DNA from: an uncultured Acidobacteriota bacterium
Lineage (GTDB): Bacteria; Acidobacteriota; Thermoanaerobaculia; Multivoradales; UBA5704
DNA length: 64,000 bases
Direction of reading: 5' to 3'
NCBI GenBank assembly: GCA_963761805.1
Contig: CAVXIV010000014.1
Coordinates: forward strand, 362,692-426,691
Each line of letters begins with the position of its first letter. The first letter of the stretch is position 1. Below the pieces are notes generated by a model. That model ran no database searches and had not been told where the DNA came from. It saw only the letters and a list, made by a program, of their open reading frames with translations. Shown here one piece after another: positions 19,123 to 27,500 of the stretch. The translations under genes were made by a program, and so were the position numbers.

Positions 19123-20217
19123 ATGGCCGACCGCATCGAAGACCGCGCCCGGTTCGACCTTGTCCGCTACGCCAACGTGTGGGAGGACGCGGAGGTGCTG
19201 CGCTCGGCCCTCCAGCCGGCGCCGGGCAAGCGCGTCCTCTCCATCGCCTCGGCGGGGGACAACGCCTTCGCCCTCCTCGCCGCCGGGGCCGAGGTGGTGG
19301 CGGCCGACCTCTCCCCCGCCCAGATCGCCCTGGTCGAGCTCAAGCGCGCGGCCATCCGGCGGCTGGGGTTCGAGGATCTGCTCGCCTTCCTGGGACTCCG
19401 CAAAGGCCAGGACCGCCGCGCCGTCTACGAGCAACTCGAGCATGACCTTCCGTCACGCACGCGGGATTTCTGGCGCGAGCACCTGGACGAGATCGCGGAC
19501 GGGGTGGTCCATCACGGAAAGTTCGAGAGCTACTTCGAGCTCTTCCGCGAGCGCGTCCTCCCCCTGGTCCACCGGCGGAAGACCGTCCTCGCCCTCCTCG
19601 CGGAGAAGGACGAGGCCGCCCGCAAGGCGTTCTACGACCGCACCTGGAACAACCTGCGCTGGCGCCTCCTCTTCCGGATCTTCTTCAGCCGCTTCGCCAT
19701 GGGCAGGCTGGGGCGCGACCCGGAGTTCTTCCGCTACGTCGAGGGGTCGGTCGCCGAGCGCATCCTGAGCCGGACCGAGTACGCCTTGACCGCGCTGCCC
19801 ACTCACACCAATCCCTACGTGGAGTACATCCTCACAGGGAGCTTCAAACGCGCCCTCCCCCTCTACCTGCGGTCCGAGGTCTACCCGGACCTCCGGCGCA
19901 ACCTGGACCGCCTGACGCTCTTCGAAGGCCCGATCGACGAAGCCGCCCAGGCCCATCGGGGCGAAGGGTTCGACGGCTTCAACCTCTCGGACATCTTCGA
20001 GTACCTCGACGCCGATACCAGCGCCGCCGTCTACGGCCGTCTCCTGGAGACCGCCCGGCCGGGCGCCCGCTTCGCCTACTGGAACATGCTCGTGCCGCGC
20101 CACCTGGCCTCTGCCTTTCCCGGCCAGGTCCGCCCCTTGGACACCGAAGCCGGGAAGCTCTTCGACCAGGACCTGGCCTTCTTCTACAGCGCCTTCGTCC
20201 TGGAGGAGGTGATTTGA
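19123..20217 (+). CDS. BtaA-like protein (DUF3419; SAM:diacylglycerol 3-amino-3-carboxypropyl transferase family)
   Basis: The N-terminus YANVWEDAEVLRSAL..GKRVLSIASAGDNAFALL..VVAADLSPAQIALVELK matches my recollection of the BtaA/DUF3419 signature. Start chosen at ATG 19123. Confidence 0.6.
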   Translation: MADRIEDRARFDLVRYANVWEDAEVLRSALQPAPGKRVLSIASAGDNAFALLAAGAEVVAADLSPAQIALVELKRAAIRRLGFEDLLAFLGLRKGQDRRAVYEQLEHDLPSRTRDFWREHLDEIADGVVHHGKFESYFELFRERVLPLVHRRKTVLALLAEKDEAARKAFYDRTWNNLRWRLLFRIFFSRFAMGRLGRDPEFFRYVEGSVAERILSRTEYALTALPTHTNPYVEYILTGSFKRALPLYLRSEVYPDLRRNLDRLTLFEGPIDEAAQAHRGEGFDGFNLSDIFEYLDADTSAAVYGRLLETARPGARFAYWNMLVPRHLASAFPGQVRPLDTEAGKLFDQDLAFFYSAFVLEEVI

Positions 20218-21569
20218 TCTCCCCCGGCGATCTGCGCGGGGCGGCAATCCTGGCCGCGATCTTCCTCTCCCTGCTGGTGATCGCCGAGCTCTGGCGCCGG
20301 TTCGGGACGCCGAAGCCGGAGTACACGCGCAAGCTGGTCCACCTGGGAGGAGGCGTCGCCTGCCTGTTCTTCCCGTTCCTCGTCCGATCCCCTTGGGTGG
20401 TGCTGGCCCTGTCCCTGCCGCTGACGGGCCTGTTCGTGGCCGGCGGGAAATTCGGCTTCCTCCAGAGCCTGCACGGCGTGAAGCGAAAGAGCCGGGGCGC
20501 GGAGTACTACCCGCTCTCCGTCTTCCTGGTCTTCGTGATGACCCAGGGCCGGCCGTGGCTCTACCTCTCGGCTGTGCTCGTTCTCGCCGTGGGGGACGCC
20601 TTCGCCGCCCTCATCGGCAGCCGCTACGGGGTGATCCGCTACGAGGTGGAGGACGAGAAGAAGAGCCTGGAGGGCTCCCTGGTCTTCCTGGTCATCGCGT
20701 TCCTGGCGATCCACCTCCCCACCCTGCTGCTGACCGACCTCCCCCGCTCCGTCTGCGTGCTCGCCGCCCTGCTGGTGGCCGCGCTGGTGACCGGCTTCGA
20801 GGCGATCTCCCTGGAGGGAGCGGACAACCTCTTCGTCCCGCTCGCCGTGGTGGTGATCCTGGGCAAGATCACCACCAAGCCGCTCTCGGAGGTGATCTTC
20901 CAGAACCTCTCGCTGCTGGCCATCTGCGCTGGCGTGGGATTGGCCGTCTGGCGCTCGCGCTCGCTCAACGTGGGCGGCGCCATCACCTTCATCCTCTTCG
21001 CCTACGGCACCTGGTCGCTGGGATCGTGGATCTGGGCGCTGCCGGTCTTCGTGGGATTCCTGGGCTACCTCCTGGCCTGGAAGCGCTGGGCGCCGCCCGG
21101 GCACGCCTCGGGGATCAAGGTGCGGACTCTGGCGCGCGCCCTGCTGCCGCCGTTCGTCATGCTGATCCTGGCGAACAGCCTGGACGACTACCCCACCTGG
21201 TTCGCCCCCTACCTCGCCGCCATCGCCGCCGTCCTCGCCTTCAGCCTGGACACCGGCGTCTTCCGTCTGGAGCGGCGGCGGAGCTGGGCCTTGGGCGCGC
21301 TGGGGTTGGCGTTCCTCGGCACGGTCCTGGTGGTCGTCGGCCCCTGGATCGCCCTGCGCCGGGCGCCGCTGGAAACGGTGCTGGCGATCCTCGCCGCGAC
21401 CGCGGTGGTCTGCCTTATCAACTCCCTGCTGGAGCTGCGCGACCCCGAATTGCCCCGCAGCCGCGAGTGGACCGCCTGGCGCTTCCTCCTGAGCCTCGTG
21501 GCGGCCCTCGCGGTCTGGGGGTTGCAGGCGTTGGGGATGATCCCCGCGTGGGATCCGGGGTGGAGGTAG
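20214..21569 (+). CDS. Polytopic membrane protein, CTP-dependent CdsA/dolichol-kinase/phytol-kinase-like family
   Basis: 451 aa with more than 10 TM segments. Motif GDAFAALIGSRYG...KKSLEGSLVF. The TTG start overlaps the stop of the BtaA-like gene. Confidence 0.55.
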   Translation: MISPGDLRGAAILAAIFLSLLVIAELWRRFGTPKPEYTRKLVHLGGGVACLFFPFLVRSPWVVLALSLPLTGLFVAGGKFGFLQSLHGVKRKSRGAEYYPLSVFLVFVMTQGRPWLYLSAVLVLAVGDAFAALIGSRYGVIRYEVEDEKKSLEGSLVFLVIAFLAIHLPTLLLTDLPRSVCVLAALLVAALVTGFEAISLEGADNLFVPLAVVVILGKITTKPLSEVIFQNLSLLAICAGVGLAVWRSRSLNVGGAITFILFAYGTWSLGSWIWALPVFVGFLGYLLAWKRWAPPGHASGIKVRTLARALLPPFVMLILANSLDDYPTWFAPYLAAIAAVLAFSLDTGVFRLERRRSWALGALGLAFLGTVLVVVGPWIALRRAPLETVLAILAATAVVCLINSLLELRDPELPRSREWTAWRFLLSLVAALAVWGLQALGMIPAWDPGWR

Positions 21570-21575
21570 GCCGCT

Positions 21576-21609
21576 CCTCCCGCCCAGGCATGAATGCCTG
21601 GGCGGGAGG
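21576..21609 (+). terminator. Perfect 15-bp stem hairpin after the membrane-protein gene
   Basis: cctcccgcccaggca-tgaa-tgcctgggcgggagg, 7 nt after the stop at 21569. No T-tract follows. Confidence 0.45.
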
Positions 21610-21662
21610 TCGCACGGGCAACTCCGCTCGAATAAGATCCCGCCCTGGAAGGAGGAAACCTG

Positions 21663-22271
21663 ATGTCCGAAATCCAATGGCGGGACCGGCTCCAGCCGGC
21701 CCTGGAGGAGGCGCGGGAGGCGAAGAAGACCGTCCTGCTGTATTTCTGGACCACTGAGTGACTGGGCTGCCGCAAGATGGGTGCCGTGACGTACCCAAAC
21801 GCTGAAGTCGCCCAATTCGTCTCGGAGCGTTTCCTTGCGCTCAAGCTCAATCTCAAGGAGCCGCATCCGGACTTCAAGGAAGCGCTGGGGCGGGGCAAGT
21901 TCCTTTGGGCTCCCCTGCTCATCTTCCTGGACGGCCGGGGCAACGAGCTGCGGCGCTACGTGGGCTTCCTGCCGCCGGACGAGTTCCTGGCCGAGCTGAC
22001 CCTGGTCCTGGGCCTCCACGCCATGACCCACTCCCAGATGGAGGACGCCCTGCGGCTGTTCGACGAGTCGGCCGAGCGGTATCCGAAGGCGAGCGCCGCT
22101 CCCGAGGCCCTCTTCTGGGGCGCCGCGGCGGCCTACCGCATCGACGGCCTCGCCGCCGTCGTTCAACGCTGGGACGACCTCATTGCCCGCTATCCCGACT
22201 CCACCTGGGCGCGCCGGGCCGACGTGGTGCCGGACGAGGTCCGAGCCAAGCTGGCGGAAACCAGCGGATGA
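21663..22271 (+). CDS. Thioredoxin-fold protein with in-frame UGA at the redox motif (candidate selenoprotein, U-L-G-C)
   Basis: ATG 21663 sits 7 nt after AAGGAGG. The sequence MSEIQWRDRLQPALEEAREAKKTVLLYFWTTE-TGA(21759..21761)-LGCRKMGAVTYPNAEV... continues in the same frame as listed ORF 21777..22271. The TGA occupies the first Cys position of a W-x-x-x-C-x-x-C thioredoxin-like motif. Confidence 0.6.
21778..21797 (+). promoter_or_regulatory. Candidate bacterial SECIS-like hairpin
   Basis: ugggugc-CGUGAC-guaccca forms a 7-bp stem (one G-U pair) with a 6-nt loop containing GU. It starts 17 nt after the UGA. Confidence 0.35.
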
Positions 22272-23053
22272 CCATCAAGCCCGGCTTCCTCTTCGATCTC
22301 GACGGCACGGTCTACCAGGAAGGCCGTGCCATCCCCGGAGCCGCGGAGGCCCTGAAGGAACTGCGCCGCCACGGCTATCCCTTCCGCTTCACCACCAACA
22401 CCACCCGGCGTCCGCGAAGGGTCCTGGCGGAGTGGCTCCAGGGGATGGGCATCCAGGCGAGCCCCGAAGAGATCCTCTCCGCCCCTGCCGCCGCCGCCCG
22501 CTGGCTGCGGGACCGCGGAGTCCGCCGCGTCCAGCTCCTCCTGAACGAAGCCACCTTCGAAGACCTCACCGGCTTCGAGATCACGGATCGCAATCCCGAA
22601 GTGGTGGTCGTTGGGGATCTCGGAGAGTCCTGGACCTTCCCCCTCCTCAACCAGGCCTTCCGCAACCTGATGGACGGCGCCGAGTTGCTGGCCATCCAGA
22701 GAAACCGCTACTGGAAGACGGATGGCGGTCTGAGCCTTGACGCGGGGCCGTTCGTAGCGGCGTTGGAGTACGGCAGCGGCAAGACCGCGACGCTCGTGGG
22801 AAAGCCAAGCCCCGCTTTTTTTGAAGCGGCCGCCAAGGATCTTGGATTACCCGCGGATCGGATCGCCGTCGTCGGTGACGATCTGGAGTCCGACGTCGCT
22901 GGAGCCAGGGCTGCCGGGATGTGCGGAGTCGCGGTACGGACAGGCAAGTACCGGCCTCAGGATGAGGAGAGGGCGCGGGAGGCGGCGGATGTGGTGTTGG
23001 ATTCGATCGCGGGGGTGCCGGGGTGGATGGAATGTGAAAGTGAACAAGCCTAA
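22268..23053 (+). CDS. HAD-IIA family hydrolase (NagD-like)
   Basis: FLFDLDGTVY (DxDGT), TNTT, GKP and GDDLESDV motifs. ATGA overlap with the upstream gene. Confidence 0.75.
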   Translation: MTIKPGFLFDLDGTVYQEGRAIPGAAEALKELRRHGYPFRFTTNTTRRPRRVLAEWLQGMGIQASPEEILSAPAAAARWLRDRGVRRVQLLLNEATFEDLTGFEITDRNPEVVVVGDLGESWTFPLLNQAFRNLMDGAELLAIQRNRYWKTDGGLSLDAGPFVAALEYGSGKTATLVGKPSPAFFEAAAKDLGLPADRIAVVGDDLESDVAGARAAGMCGVAVRTGKYRPQDEERAREAADVVLDSIAGVPGWMECESEQA

Positions 23054-23062
23054 ACTCCCCGA

Positions 23063-23572
23063 ATGCGGACTCCCCTCCTCCTGGCATTCCTTTTAGCCTC
23101 TTGCATGACAGCCCCAACCACACCCCTGGAGTGCAGCCTCGAAGCCGTGCCGCCGCTCGCCGCGGGTGTACCGGTGAAGGTCCGCTTCACACTGCGCAAC
23201 ACCACCGACGCGCCTGTCCAGGTGCTGCGCTGGAACACGCCGCTTGAAGGATGGAAGGGAACGATCTTCCAGGTGAAGTTCCAGGGATTCGAGCGGCCTT
23301 ATCAGGGGCCGATGTTCAAGCGGGGGGAACCGGGACGCGAGGAATACGTGGAGATTCCCGCCGGACAGTCGGTCTCGGCGGTCGTGGACCTCTCACAGGT
23401 GTACGAAATGAAAGACCCCGGGCCCTATCAGGTAAAGGTAACCGGGAGGTTGCAGGACGTGGTCACCGGCGACGAGCCGGCGCCAAGCCTGCTGGAACGT
23501 CATCAGCCGGCGGCGTTGAGCTGTGGCGAGCTGCTGCTCAACGTCCCGCCGGCCGGGGGCGCTCCATCCTGA
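23063..23572 (+). CDS. Lipoprotein, unknown function
   Basis: Lipobox LLAFLLASC. Beta-rich, 169 aa. Confidence 0.5.
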   Translation: MRTPLLLAFLLASCMTAPTTPLECSLEAVPPLAAGVPVKVRFTLRNTTDAPVQVLRWNTPLEGWKGTIFQVKFQGFERPYQGPMFKRGEPGREEYVEIPAGQSVSAVVDLSQVYEMKDPGPYQVKVTGRLQDVVTGDEPAPSLLERHQPAALSCGELLLNVPPAGGAPS

Positions 23573-23573
23573 C

Positions 23574-24173
23574 CTAGAACCGCCAGACGATGCCGACGTT
23601 GGCGCCGATGCCGGACAGGTCGAGGTCGAAGTCGTCGTCAAAGTCGACGTCGTCGATGTCCTCGAAGTCCTCCGGATCGAAGTTCACCGAGCCTTCGATG
23701 TTCCGGTAGACCGCCTCCGCGAAGAAGCCGACGCCGCCGCCACTGCCGCCGGCCTTGAAGCCGCCGACCGCATAGAAGCCTACTTCGTCATCCACCTCGC
23801 CGATGTCGGTGTCGAGCAGGATATAGGTCGCACCGCCACCGATGTAGGGGCTGAAGTTCTCGTTGGGGGCGAAGTTGAAGACGATGCCCGCCTCCAGCGG
23901 GATGGCCGAGATCTCGAACTGATCCTGGAAGTCGCTGTCGCTGTCGAGCAGCTCCTCGAAGTCCTCGGCGATGTCCGGGAAGTAGCTGCCGCGCAGCTCG
24001 AACTGGATAGGGCCGCTACCGAAGGCGACCCGGGTGCCGCCGCCGAACGTGTCGTCGAAGTCGCCCGTCTGCCAGTACGAGCCGAAAAGATTGAAGTCTG
24101 TGGCCATCGCGGGGGCGACGCCCACGAGTAGGAAGGCCAGGGCTGAGGTTAGTACGATTCTCCGCATGTTCAC
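23574..24173 (-). CDS. Small outer-membrane beta-barrel protein
   Basis: Signal peptide ending AMA, alternating beta-strand pattern, acidic loops, and a C-terminal ...GIVWRF. Confidence 0.6.
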   Translation of the reverse strand: MNMRRIVLTSALAFLLVGVAPAMATDFNLFGSYWQTGDFDDTFGGGTRVAFGSGPIQFELRGSYFPDIAEDFEELLDSDSDFQDQFEISAIPLEAGIVFNFAPNENFSPYIGGGATYILLDTDIGEVDDEVGFYAVGGFKAGGSGGGVGFFAEAVYRNIEGSVNFDPEDFEDIDDVDFDDDFDLDLSGIGANVGIVWRF

Positions 24174-24304
24174 ACTCCCGTTGTGAGATATCTTTAAGAA
24201 ATACTCCTCTGACGCAAGAGCACGCGTTGGGAATCGTTGATTCCACGGGACGCCGACTCACACTTGCTGTTTTAGCAAGATTCGTGCCGCAGGATTCGGA
24301 GAAA

Positions 24305-27019
24305 CTACGAGTCTTCCGACACCAGCACCGTCCCCGTCGCGCCGTCCATCGTGACGACCTGCCCCGTCTTCAGCGTGCCCACCAGCCCGGCGATGCCCAC
24401 GATAGTGGGAATTCCCATCTCGCGGGCCACGATGGCGGAGTGGGAGAGGATGCTGCCGCGCTCGATCAGCAGGCCCGAAACTGAAGGGTAGAGCGGCACC
24501 CAGCCGGGATCGGTCCGCTCGGCGACCAGGATCTCGCCATCGAGGCGGGAGTCCTCGGTGGGGCTCCGCAGGACCTTGACCGGCCCGGTGACGATCCCCG
24601 GGCAGCAGCCGGTGCCACGCAGGACTCCCGGCTCCGTGGGCTCGGCCATACGGGGACGGCCCCGGTAAAGGTTGCGGTGGTAGGGCAGTCCGAAGGTCTC
24701 GAAGCGATCGGCGGGCGGGTCCATGCGGCGGTAACCGTCGAATTCTTCGCGGCGGAGGGCGGCGAGCCCGCGCAGGTTGGCGGTCACCGCGCGGCCCTTG
24801 ACGTAGTCCCAGACCTCGTCGAGAGTGAGATAGAAGATGTCGTCGGCGTGGCCGAGGAGCCCCGCCTCGGAGAAGTCCTCCCCCACCGCCCGCAGCATCT
24901 CGCGCAGCAGGCCGTAGATGCGCGTGCGGGCGAAACGGAGGTTCTCCCGGTTCTTCACGCCCAGGCGGGCGTTCTCCAGCACCCGGCGGAAGATCCATCT
25001 CCGGTGGGCGCCCCGGATGGCGGCAAAGGCTTTCTCTTCGGCGTCGCGGCGGATGCGCTGCTCGCGCTTCTCCATAGCCGCCGTATCCAGCGCCGACGGG
25101 TCTTCCATCGCCAGATAGTTGCGGAGGATCTGATAGAGGAAGGCCGGGCGATCTCTCAGAGAAAGCTCCTCCAGCTTCAGCTCGTTGGGGCAGCGGAAGC
25201 CGTAGAGGTCGAGATAGCGGGCGATGCCGGCGGCGAAGTCCGTGAAGCGCGGGTCCGCCGGGATCTCGCGGGCGAGATCTTCGGGCGGGCGCTCCATGAG
25301 CAGCCGCCTCAACTCCGGCTGTTGCCTCGCCTCGGCGGCCATCCGCATCAGAAGCTTGGCGGGCTCGGTGCTCTCGATGCCCCCCTCGCCGCAGATCAGA
25401 TCGTTCTGGAGCGAGCCGGACTCGTCGCCGCACCAGGAGGCGCAGAGCTTCTTGAGCGTGCCGTAGAAGACCATCACGAAGAAATCGTTGACGATCGGCG
25501 CCTTCCATTCCCAGAGGAGCTTCTCCTCCATCTCGCGGTAGAGGGACGCCAGCTCATGCGGCGGCATGGCGCGGAAGTCCAAGGCGGACCAGCGCTCGTA
25601 ATGGGTGCGGAAATGATTCTGGAAATCGCCGACGATGCGGCGAATGTGGAAGAAGTTGCGAGTCGAGCGCCCTACCAGCCGCAGCAGGGCCGGCAGCTCG
25701 ACGGTGTAGCGCTGAAGGCTGGAAGCCGGCGCCGCGGGTTTCTCCTCCGTTTGATCGGCGATACTCGCGGGCTCGCGCACGCCCATCATCGATTCCATGA
25801 AGCTCTTGTTGTAGTTGAAACCGGGGAAGAGTCGGACGAGGCGGTACCAGTTGAAAAGGTTGTAATAGACCTGACCGCGGAACAATCCGAGCATGTTCTC
25901 GAACACCTCGCGGTTGGCCTTCACCGTGCGCGCGTCGATCCCCATGACGTCGGCGAAAACGTGATAGACGATGGTGTACGCGCGGCGGATGAAGCTGAAC
26001 GTCATGGGCGAGGTCACGCCCGAATAGCTCTCGATGATGTTGGAGTTGTCCCAGACCCGCCGGTTGCCCACGGCGGGTCCCAGCTCCTCGACGGTGGTGA
26101 CGGGCCGGGCCTGGAGAAGAAAGGACCGGCCCTCGGCGTCCACGGCGAATTCGAGGTCCTGCGGACGGCGGTAATGCCGTTCGACCGCGAGCCCCAGACG
26201 CGCGAGGGTCTGAATCTCGTCGGCGGACAGGCTGCTCCGCTCCCGCAGATCTTCGGGCACGGCAAGGCGGATCAGCCCGCCCCCGGCCTCGCGATCGAGG
26301 ATGAGCTGCTCCGATTTGACGGCGACGGATTCCGAGACCTCCAGCGTCTCCTTGTCGACGATGTAGGTATCCGCGTCCAGGCCAGCGCTCACCAGCCCCT
26401 CCCCCGCCCCCCAGAGCGAGCTGATCACGACCTCGTGGACGCTGCCGTTGTTGGGATTGGCGGTGAAGATCACGCCGCTGGTCCGCGCTTCCACCATGCG
26501 CTGGACGACCACAGCCACGGCGATGCTCTCCAAGGGGATGCCCTTCGCTCGACGGTAGGCCAGGGCGCGCTCGTTGTAGGCCGAGGCCCAGACGCGGCGC
26601 ACCGCTTCCAGCAGGCTCTCCCGGCCGCGCACGAAGAGGAAGCTGTCGTGCAGCCCGGCGAAGGACTCCCCCGCCGCGTCCTCCCCCGCCGCCGAAGAGC
26701 GGACCGCCACGTACGCGTCCTCACCGATGCGGGCGGCATGCGCGGCGGCGATTTCCTCCTCAAGCCCGGGCGGCAGGGGGGCGGCGAGAATCCACTCCCG
26801 GATCTCGGACGCGGACCGCTCCTCCGCCAGACGGGCGGCGATGCGCCCGCGGAGGCTGCCAGTCGCCTGTTCGAAGGCGGCGGTGGTGACCGCGTACCAG
26901 GGCGGGACGGGCAGGCCGAGGGATTCGAGGATGGCAAGGTTGGCGGCCTTGCCACCGAGGCCCTCACGACGTGACCGCGAGGGATGCCAGACGAGCGGGA
27001 TGTCAGGGAGCATGGGCAC
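24305..27019 (-). CDS. PEP-utilizing phosphotransferase with rifampicin-phosphotransferase-like three-domain architecture
   Basis: N-terminal PPDK_N/ATP-grasp region (GGKAANLAILE, VAVRSSAAGED). Central helical domain (WDNSNIIESYSGVTSPMTFSF). C-terminal swivel His domain (ERGSILSHSAIVAREMGIPTIVG). There is no PEP/pyruvate TIM-barrel domain, so it is not a canonical PpsA. Confidence 0.7.
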   Translation of the reverse strand: MPMLPDIPLVWHPSRSRREGLGGKAANLAILESLGLPVPPWYAVTTAAFEQATGSLRGRIAARLAEERSASEIREWILAAPLPPGLEEEIAAAHAARIGEDAYVAVRSSAAGEDAAGESFAGLHDSFLFVRGRESLLEAVRRVWASAYNERALAYRRAKGIPLESIAVAVVVQRMVEARTSGVIFTANPNNGSVHEVVISSLWGAGEGLVSAGLDADTYIVDKETLEVSESVAVKSEQLILDREAGGGLIRLAVPEDLRERSSLSADEIQTLARLGLAVERHYRRPQDLEFAVDAEGRSFLLQARPVTTVEELGPAVGNRRVWDNSNIIESYSGVTSPMTFSFIRRAYTIVYHVFADVMGIDARTVKANREVFENMLGLFRGQVYYNLFNWYRLVRLFPGFNYNKSFMESMMGVREPASIADQTEEKPAAPASSLQRYTVELPALLRLVGRSTRNFFHIRRIVGDFQNHFRTHYERWSALDFRAMPPHELASLYREMEEKLLWEWKAPIVNDFFVMVFYGTLKKLCASWCGDESGSLQNDLICGEGGIESTEPAKLLMRMAAEARQQPELRRLLMERPPEDLAREIPADPRFTDFAAGIARYLDLYGFRCPNELKLEELSLRDRPAFLYQILRNYLAMEDPSALDTAAMEKREQRIRRDAEEKAFAAIRGAHRRWIFRRVLENARLGVKNRENLRFARTRIYGLLREMLRAVGEDFSEAGLLGHADDIFYLTLDEVWDYVKGRAVTANLRGLAALRREEFDGYRRMDPPADRFETFGLPYHRNLYRGRPRMAEPTEPGVLRGTGCCPGIVTGPVKVLRSPTEDSRLDGEILVAERTDPGWVPLYPSVSGLLIERGSILSHSAIVAREMGIPTIVGIAGLVGTLKTGQVVTMDGATGTVLVSEDS

Positions 27020-27101
27020 GGTAGGAGGAATCTATAGGAAGTCGCTATCCTTGGCGCGCGCCGAGCGCTTACGCTCCGCAGACGAGATCAGGAGATTCCG
27101 T

Positions 27102-27263
27102 ATGAAGAAATCGCCCAAGAAACTCACGTTGGCCAAGGAGACCCTGCTTCACCTGGAGAGCGAATCCCTCGATAAGGCATTCGGCGGCGCTTGGGTGAAG
27201 ACCGTGGACGCGACCGCTTGCGTGACGAATTGCGCGGGCTGCCCCAGCTATCGAATCTGCTGA
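27102..27263 (+). CDS. Candidate RiPP/bacteriocin precursor A1 (53 aa, double-glycine leader, Cys/Thr-rich core)
   Basis: GGAG lies 8 nt upstream. Sequence MKKSPKKLTLAKETLLHLESESLDKAFGG|AWVKTVDATACVTNCAGCPSYRIC. It is hidden at the end of shadow ORF 26727..27263. Confidence 0.6.
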   Translation: MKKSPKKLTLAKETLLHLESESLDKAFGGAWVKTVDATACVTNCAGCPSYRIC

Positions 27264-27277
27264 AACCAAGGAGATGC

Positions 27278-27454
27278 CATGAAGAGATCCCCCAAGAAGC
27301 TCAAGCTGGCCAAGGAGACCCTTCTCAATCTGGAGAGCGGGCCCCTGGAGAAGGTTTACGGTGGTGTCGCGACTGAAAGGTCGGTGTGCGTCACCATCTG
27401 CGCGACGAACTGCAACGTCACAGCCTGCGCGACTGCCTGCCCTGGCTGCGCCTA
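27278..27454 (+). CDS. Candidate RiPP/bacteriocin precursor A2 (58 aa), paralogue of A1
   Basis: AAGGAG lies 5 nt upstream. Sequence MKRSPKKLKLAKETLLNLESGPLEKVYGG|VATERSVCVTICATNCNVTACATACPGCA. It is not in the ORF track. The leader is 21/29 identical to A1 and the core diverges. Confidence 0.6.
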
Positions 27455-27469
27455 GCCTGATGCTCTCTC

Positions 27470-27497
27470 CGGTCCGTGAGCTCTAGCGCTCGCGGAC
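27470..27497. terminator. Hairpin between the convergent precursor and UbiA genes
   Basis: ggtccgtgagc-tctagc-gctcgcggacc forms an 11-bp stem (one G-U pair), 15 nt after the A2 stop and 3 nt before the UbiA stop. Confidence 0.45.
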
Positions 27498-27500
27498 CGC

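Noticed and set aside
21777-21779. ATG 21777 as the true start of the thioredoxin-like gene
   Set aside because: It would delete the beta1 strand and the first redox residue of the fold, and it has no RBS. The upstream in-frame segment has a strong RBS and canonical thioredoxin-like sequence up to the TGA. A Cys-to-stop pseudogene remains possible.
20184-22166. 660-aa minus-strand ORF
   Set aside because: It is a shadow of the + strand membrane-protein and thioredoxin-like genes. The sequence is Arg/Gly/Pro/Glu-rich with no motifs.
24305-27019. Annotation as phosphoenolpyruvate synthase (PpsA)
   Set aside because: The C-terminal PEP/pyruvate-binding TIM-barrel domain is absent, and a large central helical domain is present instead. 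The architecture matches the small-molecule phosphotransferase (RPH-like) branch. The substrate is unknown.
27040-27075. Sigma-54-type promoter (TGGC...GC) upstream of the precursor genes
   Set aside because: Only the TGGC part is present. The spacing and the TTGC element do not match the TGGCACG-N4-TTGC consensus.
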